In this document: positions 28,421 through 38,317 of the stretch, in pieces
Layout of the letters: every line of letters begins with the position of its first letter
Numbering within the stretch: the stretch's first letter is position 1
DNA from: a bacterium
GTDB taxonomy: Bacteria; SAR324; XYD2-FULL-50-16
Direction: 5' to 3'
Assembly (NCBI GenBank): GCA_032250835.1
Contig: JAVVEA010000009.1
Location: forward strand, 64,001 to 128,000
Length of the DNA stretch: 64,000 bases
Notes under the pieces: generated by a model
Seen by the model: the letters and a program-made list of their open reading frames with translations, nothing else
Database searches by the model: none
What the model was told of the DNA's origin: nothing
Translations under genes and position numbers: made by a program

Positions 28421-30061
28421 ATGACCATCCCAGCGACGATTGTCGACAACCTGCGGTTTATCTTGCTTGAGGTGACCCGCCAAGTCGAAGAGACCCAAAA
28501 GGCCTTGGACAGAGGCGGGGAAGAGGAACTGATCGCTAAGATCATCGCCCGTGATGACTATATCGACAGCTTGAAAACCTATGTGGAAAACAAGTGTTTT
28601 TCGCTGATCTATTCAAACTCGTCGGTCAAGATGAAGTCCGAGGCAGACCTGATCCGCGCCATCAACACCATCACCGGCAACTTAGAACGTATCGCGGACC
28701 ATTCGGTCAACATCGCCCGCCAGTTGCCCTACTTTGATGACCGGGATTTCATCAAGGCTTATGACTACAAGCACTTTTTTGATATCATCATCTTCAACCT
28801 CAAGCGGATCCACAAGGCGCTTTTTGACCATGACCTTTCCCTAGCCCGCAAGATCTGCGTTTCCGAATCGAAGCTGGACCGGGCCTATAAACGCTCCTTT
28901 GAGAAGGTCTTAAAAGAGCTGACCAAAGGCAAAGAGGTGGAAAATCTGCTCACCACCATCTTCATCTTGCGTTACCTAGAGCGCATCGGAGACTGCCTGC
29001 TCAACATCGGCGAGGCAATCATCTTCAGTATTGTGGGCGACAAGCTCAAACTCAAACAATTTGAGTTTTTAGAAGAAAGCCTCTTGAACGTTGACGAGCT
29101 GACCATCGAGGACATCAAATTTGAAGGGGTCTGGGGCACCCGCTCGGGCTGTCGGATCGGCCTGATCACCACGGCGACCTCCGAAGGGGACGAGCGGGAT
29201 TATGTCTTTAAAGAAGGCAGCCTACCTAAGATCGAAAAGGAAAAAGAAAAGATCGAGCTTTGGAACCACCACAAGCCCGGCGTGACCCCCAAAGTGCTAG
29301 ACTTTAAAATCAAAGGCGACCATGCCAGCCTGTTGGTTGAGTACTTGGACGGCGACACCATGCAGCACAACCTGCTGGAGTCCAACGACCAAAAACTCTT
29401 CGGCAGTTTGACCGCTTTAGAAGAAACCCTGGCAGTCATCTGGCGCAACACCCGGGACGACGAAAAAAAACCTAGCTGCGATTCGCTCAACCAACTTGAA
29501 AACCGGATCGACGAGGTTTTTAGGGTCCATCCCTCTTACTCCTTGCCCGAAGTAGAGATCGGCGGGCTTAAGATCGACAGCTTCAAGAGCCGGATCGACC
29601 GGCTACGCGATGCCACCAAAGGGACCGTGGCTCCCTTTGCCGTGTTGATCCACGGTGACTTTAACTTAGACAATATCTTTTACGACGAGCCCCAAGACCA
29701 AATCCGCTTCATCGACGTACACCGCTCGGGCTTCGGCGACTATGCCCAGGACGTGGCCGTCTTTTTGGCCAGCAACTTCCGCCAGAAGGTTTTTGAAGAA
29801 GGACTCCGCTTGCGCATCGAACAGGCGGCCCGGCATTTCTTGGATTTCGCCCGTCGTTTTGCCCAGGAACAAAATGATTTGGGCTTTGAAAAACGTTTGG
29901 GCCTGGGGTTGATCCGAGCCTTGACCACCTCGACCCGCTTTGAATTCCACCCTGAATTATCTGAGGCGTTATTCCAGCGCTCTCTTTATTTGATCGACCA
30001 GATGCTGGCCCCTGACGCGGAGCAAAACTTCCGCGTCCCCGACAGCCTCTTCAGTCTTTAG
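28421..30061 (+). CDS. PhoU domain + APH-like phosphotransferase fusion
   Basis: PhoU repeats RDDYID/LERIADH and ESKLD/LERIGD; kinase motifs HGDFNLDNIF and FIDVHRS. Confidence 0.85.
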   Translation: MTIPATIVDNLRFILLEVTRQVEETQKALDRGGEEELIAKIIARDDYIDSLKTYVENKCFSLIYSNSSVKMKSEADLIRAINTITGNLERIADHSVNIARQLPYFDDRDFIKAYDYKHFFDIIIFNLKRIHKALFDHDLSLARKICVSESKLDRAYKRSFEKVLKELTKGKEVENLLTTIFILRYLERIGDCLLNIGEAIIFSIVGDKLKLKQFEFLEESLLNVDELTIEDIKFEGVWGTRSGCRIGLITTATSEGDERDYVFKEGSLPKIEKEKEKIELWNHHKPGVTPKVLDFKIKGDHASLLVEYLDGDTMQHNLLESNDQKLFGSLTALEETLAVIWRNTRDDEKKPSCDSLNQLENRIDEVFRVHPSYSLPEVEIGGLKIDSFKSRIDRLRDATKGTVAPFAVLIHGDFNLDNIFYDEPQDQIRFIDVHRSGFGDYAQDVAVFLASNFRQKVFEEGLRLRIEQAARHFLDFARRFAQEQNDLGFEKRLGLGLIRALTTSTRFEFHPELSEALFQRSLYLIDQMLAPDAEQNFRVPDSLFSL

Positions 30062-30071
30062 GAGACCTAAT

Positions 30072-30959
30072 ATGAAAATCGCCGTCATCGGCATTCCCGG
30101 CAAATGGTCTTCAGTGGCCCTGGCCGAAGAGATAGAAAAACTGAGCGGTCCCTGCCCGGTGATCGACATGGGCGAGGTCCACTTAGATTTGGCCGGAGAA
30201 TCGCTTTGGTGGAAGGACCAAGACTTATGTACCTATGATGCCTTGGTGGTCAAAAAAATCAGCCAAATCTACTGCCCTGAGGTCTTAGACCGGATGGAGA
30301 TGCTGCGCTTTGCCGAGGCTAAGGGCGTGCGGATTTATTCGAGTGTTGCCGGCATGAGCCGCCTGATCGACCGCTTGAGCTGCACCGTCACCCTTAAGGC
30401 AGGCGGGATCGCCATGCCCGAAACCTTCATCACCGAATCTGTGGCCGAAGCGGCGGCGAAACTCGAAGAATACGGTAAGGCGGTATTCAAACCGCTTTTT
30501 ACCACCAAAGCGCGGGGCATGATTTTTTTAGAAGGCGGCGCGAGCGAAAACCTGGCGGCCATCGAAGCCTACCAAAAAGCGGGCAACCCGGTGATTTACA
30601 TGCAGCGTTTTGTCAAAGGACCGGGTCGGGATTTGGGCATCTCCTTTCTAGGCGGCAAGTACCTGGGCACCTACGCAAGGGTCGGCTCCGGCAATAGCTG
30701 GAACACCACCACCGCCAACGGGGGCCGCTACGCTCCCGACGATCCGCCCCAGGCCTGGATCGATCTGGCCCGCCGGGCCCAAGCGTTGTTTGACTTGGAT
30801 TTTACCTGCGTAGACCTGATGGAAACCGATGAGGGACCTCGGGTCTTTGAGGTATCCGCCTTCGGTGGCTTCAAGGGACTCCAAGAAGCCCAGGGCATCA
30901 ACGTCGCCGAATTATATGCAAGTTACATCCTAGAAACGCTGAACCAGAAAAAGGCATGA
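30072..30959 (+). CDS. GAK system ATP-grasp enzyme (RimK-like)
   Basis: KIAVIGIPGKWSS, KPLFTTKARG, SWNTTTANGG, FEVSAFGGF. Confidence 0.9.
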   Translation: MKIAVIGIPGKWSSVALAEEIEKLSGPCPVIDMGEVHLDLAGESLWWKDQDLCTYDALVVKKISQIYCPEVLDRMEMLRFAEAKGVRIYSSVAGMSRLIDRLSCTVTLKAGGIAMPETFITESVAEAAAKLEEYGKAVFKPLFTTKARGMIFLEGGASENLAAIEAYQKAGNPVIYMQRFVKGPGRDLGISFLGGKYLGTYARVGSGNSWNTTTANGGRYAPDDPPQAWIDLARRAQALFDLDFTCVDLMETDEGPRVFEVSAFGGFKGLQEAQGINVAELYASYILETLNQKKA

Positions 30960-32032
30960 TGAACCACGCACTTCCTAGTTTAAACGAACTCACCGAGTCG
31001 CTCTGCGACGGGGTGGACTTTAGCCATACCTTAGACCTCAACTTGGCCGGTTGCCAGCTGCAGGTAAAGACCAATTCGTTGTTGGTCGAATCCGGCCTGC
31101 GCCACTACTTCGCGCCTTTTGTGGTCGAGCCGGGCTCTACCGACATCACCGTGCTGGTGATCGACGGACCACCGTTGGAACTAGACCTACCCTACCGTCC
31201 CTGGGACCCTGAGCCCGGCAAGTCGCGGGTTAAAGAAGAGTTCGCCGAGTTGGCCGGGGGCCGGGCGGTCCGAAAGACCAAGACGGACATGAGCTTTTTC
31301 TTCGGCGGCGGGATCAACCTCGCCGTGGGCCGGGCCAAGGAAAATGACAACCAAGTGATCAACTTCGTCAACAACCGCTTCATTGAGAGGCTGCTCAACC
31401 AAGACTGCGTCTTGGGTCATGCGGCGGCGGTTTTAGTCAAAAACCGGGGCATCGCCTTTGCGGGCTTCTCGGGAATGGGCAAAAGCACCTTGGCGCTACA
31501 CCTCTTAAGCCAAGGGGCCGACTTTTTAAGCAACGACCGCCTGATGAGCCGGGGTAGCCAAGAGGGACCGATCATGTACGGAGTGCCCAAGCTGCCGCGC
31601 ATCAACCCCGGCACCGCACTTTCCAACCCCGACCTACGCCCGATTCTGAGCGTCAAAGAGATCGAGGAATTCAGCCATTTGGAACCCGACGACCTTTGGG
31701 AGCTGGAACACAAATACGACGTTTACCTAGACCGCTGTTTTTCCAAAACCCGCTTTGTCCTGCAAGGCTGGATGGATATGTTGGTGATCCTTAACTGGCA
31801 ACGTAGCGACGAGCCCATCCAGGTGACCCAAGTGGACTTAAACGAGCGGCGCGACCTGCTCAAAGCCTTTTGCAAATCTCCGGGAGCCTTTTTCCTCCCC
31901 GAAGACCCCGCCAACCCGCCGGACCTTTCCGAGGAACGTTACCTCAAGGAATTGGAGCGCGTGCGGGTCTATGAGATCAGCGGCGGCGTGGATTTTAAGG
32001 CGGCCACCGAAGCTTGCCTTAAGTTGATTTAA
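30956..32032 (+). CDS. HprK-related kinase B (GAK system)
   Basis: NQVINFVNNR, GHAAAV, P-loop GFSGMGKST, SNDRL, KLPRINPGT. Confidence 0.9.
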   Translation: MMNHALPSLNELTESLCDGVDFSHTLDLNLAGCQLQVKTNSLLVESGLRHYFAPFVVEPGSTDITVLVIDGPPLELDLPYRPWDPEPGKSRVKEEFAELAGGRAVRKTKTDMSFFFGGGINLAVGRAKENDNQVINFVNNRFIERLLNQDCVLGHAAAVLVKNRGIAFAGFSGMGKSTLALHLLSQGADFLSNDRLMSRGSQEGPIMYGVPKLPRINPGTALSNPDLRPILSVKEIEEFSHLEPDDLWELEHKYDVYLDRCFSKTRFVLQGWMDMLVILNWQRSDEPIQVTQVDLNERRDLLKAFCKSPGAFFLPEDPANPPDLSEERYLKELERVRVYEISGGVDFKAATEACLKLI

Positions 32033-32070
32033 CGACCCTTAGCACTTCCAAACAAGACAGGAGCAATCGG

Positions 32071-32448
32071 ATGAACAAGAAATCAATCACCGTAAAAACC
32101 AGCTTGAAAAAAGATCGGGCCATCGCCTACTTGGAAGAGCTGACCAAGAGCCTCAAAACCGGCCAGGTTTGTATCCAACAAGAAAATGAGTTCGTCGCCC
32201 TGAGCCCGGTGGACCAGATGGAACTCGAAGTTTCGGCAGCCCAGAAAAAGGGCAAGGAAAAGCTAACTTTTGAGCTGAGCTGGGTCACCGAAACGCCGGA
32301 ATTGCCTGCGGACAACCTGGTGATCTCTTCGACCACGCCGAAGGTGACGCCTGCGGCCAAGAAAGAAGAGCCCAAAAAGGAGTCAGCGACGAAGGCCGAA
32401 CCCGCCAAAGGCGCAGCCGCCAAACCGGCGGCAAAAGCCACCAACTAA
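32071..32448 (+). CDS. Amphi-Trp domain protein with Ala/Lys/Pro-rich tail
   Basis: AIAYLEELTKSLKTG...KEKLTFELSW, then PAAKKEEPKK...AAKPAAK. Confidence 0.85.
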   Translation: MNKKSITVKTSLKKDRAIAYLEELTKSLKTGQVCIQQENEFVALSPVDQMELEVSAAQKKGKEKLTFELSWVTETPELPADNLVISSTTPKVTPAAKKEEPKKESATKAEPAKGAAAKPAAKATN

Positions 32449-32484
32449 CCCTAAATACCGGGGGCTTAGGCCCCTGGCAATCTT

Positions 32485-33684
32485 ATGGGACGCAGCTTCC
32501 AAGTCAGCTTTTTAAAGACCCTACCCTTACCCAACCGGGTGGCCTTGGCGCGCTACAAGGCCCACCCGGCCTTGGGGCCCTGCTTGTTATTTTTTACTGG
32601 CGGCACGGCGCTACGGGGGCTTTCACAACGGCTGATCGAATACACCCACAACTCAATCCACCTGATCCCGCCTTTTGATTCAGGTGGTTCTTCGGCGGAA
32701 CTGCGCAAACAGTTTAACATGTTGGCCGTTGGCGACCTCCGCAACCGCTTGATGGCTCTGGCGGACCAAACGCTTAAAGGCAACCCTGAGATCTACCGCC
32801 TCTTCGACACCCGCCTGCCCGAAAATGAAGGACCTGAAAAGTTGGCGGAACTCTTAAGCAGCTTACTGGCCGGGAAACACCCGCTGATTGCAGCGATCCA
32901 AGACCCGATGCGCAAGATCATCCGCAACCATCTGGGCTTTTTTAAGCGCAAGATGCCTGCTGACTTTGATCTGCGTGGTGCCTCCATCGGCAATCTGATC
33001 CTGGTCGGCGGCTACTTAAACAACCGACGCCAGATTGACCCGGTGCTTTACCTCTTCGCTCGTTTGATCGAAGCTCGGGGTATTGTGCGCCCTTCAGCGA
33101 CCCAGGACCTACAACTGCTCGCCCGCTACGCCGACGGGACCGAAATTTTGGGCCAACACCGCTTCACCGGTAAAGGGTCTAAACCTCCGGCCGCTAAGTT
33201 AGTGGACCTGGAGTTGGCCAATAAAGATGGCAGCCCCGCCCGGCGGCCACCCCTTAAAGACAAGATCGCCCATTTGATCGACCGGGCCGACTTGATTTGT
33301 TATCCCATGGGCAGCTTCTTCTCTAGCCTTTTAGCCAACTTTTTAATCCAGGGCGTAGGCGACCGGGTCCAGGCCAATCCTTGCCCTAAGGTCTACGTAC
33401 CCAACCTAGGGGTTGACCCGGAACAAAAGGGCTATCGCCTAGCCGAGCAGGTAGACCGCTTGTTGCGTGCCCTTAAAGAATCCAGCCGCTTCCCTGGCTG
33501 GGACACCGACTACCTCAACTTTTTGGTGATCGACGCTGAAGGCGGGCACCAGATTACGCCCGAAGAACGCGACCAACTCGAAAACCGTGGCATCCAAATT
33601 ATCGATGTCCCCTTGGTTCTGCCCGAAGCACCGGAGCGGATCGACGAAGAACTGTTGCTCTCGGTCTTGCTTTCGCTGGCCTAA
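32485..33684 (+). CDS. GAK system CofD-like (CofD/YvcK superfamily) protein
   Basis: FTGGTAL, PFDSGGSS, GDLRNRL, ASIGNL, YPMGSFFSSL. Confidence 0.9.
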   Translation: MGRSFQVSFLKTLPLPNRVALARYKAHPALGPCLLFFTGGTALRGLSQRLIEYTHNSIHLIPPFDSGGSSAELRKQFNMLAVGDLRNRLMALADQTLKGNPEIYRLFDTRLPENEGPEKLAELLSSLLAGKHPLIAAIQDPMRKIIRNHLGFFKRKMPADFDLRGASIGNLILVGGYLNNRRQIDPVLYLFARLIEARGIVRPSATQDLQLLARYADGTEILGQHRFTGKGSKPPAAKLVDLELANKDGSPARRPPLKDKIAHLIDRADLICYPMGSFFSSLLANFLIQGVGDRVQANPCPKVYVPNLGVDPEQKGYRLAEQVDRLLRALKESSRFPGWDTDYLNFLVIDAEGGHQITPEERDQLENRGIQIIDVPLVLPEAPERIDEELLLSVLLSLA

Positions 33685-33929
33685 GATTTGCCCACCCCTT
33701 TGCCATCCACCGGCCCAAGACTTCAGTTTTTCCGCCTTCATGGGTAATAAAACTAGAGGGACCCATGGAAAGTGTGGGATCATTAGCTAGCCTGACTTGG
33801 TTCCAAGGGCTCAAGTTGACTTGGGTTCCCATCTTCGCCTAGGCTCAAAAATGGCGGCGTCCAGGGAGCGAACCAGGTGAGCCGAAGACTGGTCTGGTCA
33901 AATTCAATGAAGTTTAACGGGAGGTCCAG

Positions 33930-34421
33930 GTGAGCGAAAAAGGAAAAGCCCTATTCGAGCAGGCGGGCGGCAAGCTCTTGACCTTTATGCTCGGCGGTCG
34001 AGAATATGGATTGCAGATCTTAGACGCCCGCGAAGTGGTGGGCATGATTGAGGCGGAGCCAGTCCCACAGACTCCTGAGTTTATGAAAGGAGTGATCAAC
34101 CTACGGGGGCAGATTGTTCCCGTGATCGACCTACGTGCCCGCTTTCATATCCCCATCCCCGAGCAAGACACCGAAAATTGCATCTTGGTGGTGGACCTTG
34201 CCGGGCGTATGACGGGTTGTATCATCGATTCGTTGATCGGCGTCACCACCATCGAACCCAGCCAGTTTGAAGACAGCCCCCAAATGGGCGCGAACATCCA
34301 TACCGATTACATGACCGGTCTGGCCAAATTAGACAAACGGGTGATCATCATTCTAGATATGTCCCGAATCCTCCAAAACGAGGAGCTGGCCCACCTAGAG
34401 GTGATGGCGAAAGCCGTTTGA
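33930..34421 (+). CDS. cheW: Chemotaxis coupling protein CheW
   Basis: LTFMLGGREYG, VPQTPEFMKGVINLRGQIVPVIDLR. Confidence 0.93.
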   Translation: MSEKGKALFEQAGGKLLTFMLGGREYGLQILDAREVVGMIEAEPVPQTPEFMKGVINLRGQIVPVIDLRARFHIPIPEQDTENCILVVDLAGRMTGCIIDSLIGVTTIEPSQFEDSPQMGANIHTDYMTGLAKLDKRVIIILDMSRILQNEELAHLEVMAKAV

Positions 34422-34866
34422 TAGGCTTGAGCTGCATCAAACACTGACCTTTGCGGGGGGCTGCTCCACTGATTTGCGGTTCGCCGCCTCCATACCCGTC
34501 CCCACTATGGAGGCGCGGTGCCTCACGGCGGCACTGCCCTCTGCCCCGGCCCAGGCATTCACGGACCTTATTTTTCTGAGATTTTGCGGCAATATCTAAG
34601 CAAACAAACCACTAGCAACGCCGAAGAGGCCTTGTTAGAGGGCGGCAAGATTTTCGGTTGGAAGGTCTTGCTGGAACCGCGCCTAAAGGAATCCCGAATA
34701 AGACCAAGCAAAAGCGGAAGGAATCACTAAATATACCGGAGGAACCCAGCGAAAGATGAGGTGGGGCAGAGAGGTGCCCCATGGCACCTCTCCGGGTATC
34801 CGATGCCGCCCGGTTGTGCAGGTCCGGGGGAGGCAATCGGCGCGAGCTGGGGCTCTTGATGCGAAC

Positions 34867-35424
34867 TTAAGCGCAGGGGCCGGTCGTCACTTGGTTCTGC
34901 TGGCAGAACTGCTTCAAAAGGCGGGCTTTGAGTTCCGAACCTTTCTTGGCATTTTCGATCACCACCGTCTCTCCAGCTTTGCCCAAGCCTAGATAGGTCT
35001 GGGTGTAGGGCAAATGGGGTTTGTACTTTTCCATGGCTTCTTCGCTACCCATCACATAAATGCGGCCATCTACCCAAATACTCAAGTAGTCTCCGCCTTC
35101 TGCCTTAGGTGCGTTGGCGCAGGCTCCCTGATTGAGCTTGCGGGCCTCACAATATTCGCCCAGCAGACGCGCTTTCAGTGCTTCGCCTTTCTTTTCGTTT
35201 TCCAAAATGACCGTCTCGCCTTGAGGGCCCAAGCCTAAATAGGTTTGGGTATAGGGCAAATGGGCGTGAAACTTTTGCGCCATTTTGTCGCTGCCGATCA
35301 CGTAAATGCGCCCCTCGTAGCGGATTTCCATGTACTTGGCCTCTTCGATCGAAGGGGAGCTTGAGCCCCCGCTGCATCCTACCATAGCGAGCAAACCAGC
35401 CAGGATGGTCAGTGCCTTTTTCAT
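34867..35424 (-). CDS. Lipoprotein made of two tandem ~70 aa repeats
   Basis: Lipobox MVGC; GRIYVxGS...HLPYTQTYLGLG..GETV..EN.KKG..LKARLL occurs twice. Confidence 0.85.
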   Translation of the reverse strand: MKKALTILAGLLAMVGCSGGSSSPSIEEAKYMEIRYEGRIYVIGSDKMAQKFHAHLPYTQTYLGLGPQGETVILENEKKGEALKARLLGEYCEARKLNQGACANAPKAEGGDYLSIWVDGRIYVMGSEEAMEKYKPHLPYTQTYLGLGKAGETVVIENAKKGSELKARLLKQFCQQNQVTTGPCA

Positions 35425-35515
35425 GTTCCTCCAAAAAATTCTAGATGGTTGGTTGGTTACAAAGGGAGCCTGCAGATAAAGCGCTCACAGAAGTCGCCCT
35501 TTTGTAAAATTTCCG

Positions 35516-35950
35516 TTAAACCCGGCACTCCCTTTGAGCCAGGACCTGCCGACTAAAGATCAACTCGCAGCCAAGTTGGATTTCTTCAAAACAACGGCAA
35601 AAACTTTGGGTCTGTTGGTCTAAGCTTCCCTGGGCACGGGCCGGGTCGGGGAGGTTTAAGGAAAACTGCACCTTGTTTTGTAAACTAACGGGCAGGGTTA
35701 CCTCTGGCGACTCGCAAAGCGACAGAACCATATCAAAGGCCTGCCCAGCCAGCGAATCTAGCGACTTGGGCCGTTGCCCCAGCAAGGAATATCCAGCCTC
35801 AAAAGCGGCGCGGATGGCCAGGGGATGAATCGACCCGGCGGGTTTTAAGCCCGCTGACACAATCTCGGCCTCGGGCACCAACCGCTCCATAACCGCCTGG
35901 GCCATCTGGCTCCGGCTGGCGTTTTCTTCACAGATGATCAAGAGATTCAT
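35516..35950 (-). CDS. LMW-PTP / ArsC-like protein
   Basis: ICEENASRSQMA P-loop, SAG, LPDP. Confidence 0.85.
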   Translation of the reverse strand: MNLLIICEENASRSQMAQAVMERLVPEAEIVSAGLKPAGSIHPLAIRAAFEAGYSLLGQRPKSLDSLAGQAFDMVLSLCESPEVTLPVSLQNKVQFSLNLPDPARAQGSLDQQTQSFCRCFEEIQLGCELIFSRQVLAQRECRV

Positions 35951-35960
35951 AGGTTTTACC

Positions 35961-37880
35961 TCAAATTTTAAAGACCAATACTTGGGCTTTAAGTTGTCCC
36001 GCCATACCGCTCAACTCGCCGGTGGTGCCGTCCACTTGGCGGATCGTCGCCGCCAACTCGAACATCACTTGGCTGTTGCGTTCGCTCAACTGACTGATCT
36101 TATCGGTTTCGCGGGCGAGATTCTTGGTTTTGTAATCCTGGGCCACCAAGGACGCCCCAATCCGGCTGAGACCTTGGTTGATCTGTTGGACATCGCCCAT
36201 GATCGAATGGAACTGATCTGAGGCCTCAGCGACCACCGAGGCCCCCACACTGACCTTATCGTTGGAATCTTTGATCACTTGGTCGATTTCTTGGACCGCT
36301 TGGCTGGTCTGGGTCGAAAGCCGCCGGATCTCGGCGGCGACCACATTAAACCCCCGGCCCGCCTCACCGGCTTTGGCCGCTTCAATGGCGGCGTTAAAAG
36401 ACAACAAATGCACCTGTTTGCTGATCTTCTCAATCGCCCCCAAAACCTTTTCGATCCGGGCTTGTCCGGCGACAATTTGTTCTATCGCCTGGGCGGCTCT
36501 GGCCATCGTCAGTTTGCCTTGATCCGCTTCCTGGCTCACCTGCCCGGCGGTTTGCATCAACTCGCGCAAGGCCTCGGTGATCTCTTCATTACTCACCGCA
36601 AGGTCTTGCACATTGCGGCCGACCTCCTGGATGCTTTGGTTGCTTGCTTCGCTGCTCCGGTTGGCATCTTGGGTGGTCGCTTCGATCTGGCGGGTGGTGG
36701 CGGCCAGTTGGTGGGACGCCGCAGAAAGGGTGTCGCTGCCAGTATGGATCACCGCTATGGTCCGCTTGAGCGAGACGGCAAAACGGTTGAGCGATTTGGA
36801 CATCTGGCCCAGCTCGTCATAACCCTGATTTTTGATCCGCACCGTGAGATTGCCTTGGCTCAACTGTTCGGTCAGCGCCGAGACCTCCTTGATGGGCCGC
36901 AAGATCGAGCGCGACAGGGCCCAACCGAAAAACATCATGAAAACCAAGGTACTCAAGCCCATAACCAAAAAGCGGTCACCCAAGGCCTGCATCACCTCTC
37001 GGGCTTTTTTCCCGACCAGGATTTGTTCATCTATCGCCACCTGATCCAACTGGGCCAGCAGGCTGGGGATCTCTTCGAAGTCGCTTTTAAAACTCGCTTC
37101 CAGGTCGTTGACCTTATAGGTATAAAGCTTAATCCGGTCGAAATTGCTTAAATACCCGTCGATCAAACCCGCCGGTTTCGTTAAGGCTTGGGCCCCACGG
37201 ACCTGGGCTAGTCGCTGGCGCAGTTCGGTCATTTGCTCTTTGACCTCCCGGCCCGCCGAGAGTCGGCCTAAGAAAAAGTCCTTTTCGGCGTTCCGGATCT
37301 TCAGCAACGCCAGCACTAAGTCGGCGCGGCCGAGCTTTTCAAACTGGGCCTGTATTGCTTCGGCACTTTCACCGAAGCGGGCCCGGAATCCATCGTTGGG
37401 GCCAAAGCCCATCGAGCGGTTGTAGTCTACCACCGATTGAAAATCGCTTTGGTAACTGGCCAGGGTTTCGGCTAAGCTGTGGGCCGCCTTTGCGAATTCG
37501 GGGCTGAGGTCCTGGGCCACTAGCTTGCGGGTTCCCTCTTGGGCTTCAGTGAGGTGCTCAAAAAAGGCACTGGCGTCCTGATCGCTGGGCTCAGACAAAA
37601 AAGTGTGTTCGTGTCCTCTGGCGGCAGTTACCGCCAACTGAACTTGGGCGGTCAAGGCCGTTACCTCTTGGGCCTGCTGGATACGGTTAACCTCGTCTTC
37701 AATCAATCCATAGCCCCAACGGGTCAGGGCAAATCCACCGAGCATAAAAAGGGCAAAGAGCCCCACCAAAGCCCCGATACGCTTGCCAATACTCAGCAAG
37801 CCTTGCCCAGCCAACCACCGGGTCAATCGGACCCGACCTGTCTTGAGGGATTTAGAGAATTTTGGCGCCATTTTTTTCAT
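35961..37880 (-). CDS. Methyl-accepting chemotaxis protein (periplasmic helical sensor, HAMP, signalling domain)
   Basis: Two TM segments, [39 protein letters not shown]. Start uncertain. Confidence 0.93.
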   Translation of the reverse strand: MKKMAPKFSKSLKTGRVRLTRWLAGQGLLSIGKRIGALVGLFALFMLGGFALTRWGYGLIEDEVNRIQQAQEVTALTAQVQLAVTAARGHEHTFLSEPSDQDASAFFEHLTEAQEGTRKLVAQDLSPEFAKAAHSLAETLASYQSDFQSVVDYNRSMGFGPNDGFRARFGESAEAIQAQFEKLGRADLVLALLKIRNAEKDFFLGRLSAGREVKEQMTELRQRLAQVRGAQALTKPAGLIDGYLSNFDRIKLYTYKVNDLEASFKSDFEEIPSLLAQLDQVAIDEQILVGKKAREVMQALGDRFLVMGLSTLVFMMFFGWALSRSILRPIKEVSALTEQLSQGNLTVRIKNQGYDELGQMSKSLNRFAVSLKRTIAVIHTGSDTLSAASHQLAATTRQIEATTQDANRSSEASNQSIQEVGRNVQDLAVSNEEITEALRELMQTAGQVSQEADQGKLTMARAAQAIEQIVAGQARIEKVLGAIEKISKQVHLLSFNAAIEAAKAGEAGRGFNVVAAEIRRLSTQTSQAVQEIDQVIKDSNDKVSVGASVVAEASDQFHSIMGDVQQINQGLSRIGASLVAQDYKTKNLARETDKISQLSERNSQVMFELAATIRQVDGTTGELSGMAGQLKAQVLVFKI

Positions 37881-38317
37881 ACCGATACTCGTTGTAGGAG
37901 GTTCGGCTTTGACTATAGGCCCTTTGCAGAACAACAGGTCGGCAGGATGTAAATTTTCGGGTAAATTGGGCGGGAATTGGGGGGATAAAGTGGTTTCGGT
38001 AAGCCAGGCCACCCTATAGGGTCCCCCTGCAGCCAAGTTATATTTAGTAAATATAATCAAATATTTCTGACACCCGGCGCCGTGGGGGGCTTTACGTTCC
38101 CCTCCGAAAGCGATACAGGGGCGCGGTCGCCGGATTTCTTTGAAGGTCCGCTGATGGAGCCAGGCTCTAAATAGGTAGCTGAGCTGTTAAGCTACTACCG
38201 GACGAAAAACCAGAGTTGTGATGGAATTTGGGCCCTCAGGCTAAGGGGCGGGAAATAGCTCTGTTGCGCCCTAAGAGGGCAGGGCCCGCAAAGCCCACGC
38301 TTAAGCGCGCCAGCTTC

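Noticed and set aside
33790-33925. c-di-GMP riboswitch upstream of cheW (also checked upstream of the MCP at 38060-38300)
   Set aside because: No GEMM consensus elements recognised.
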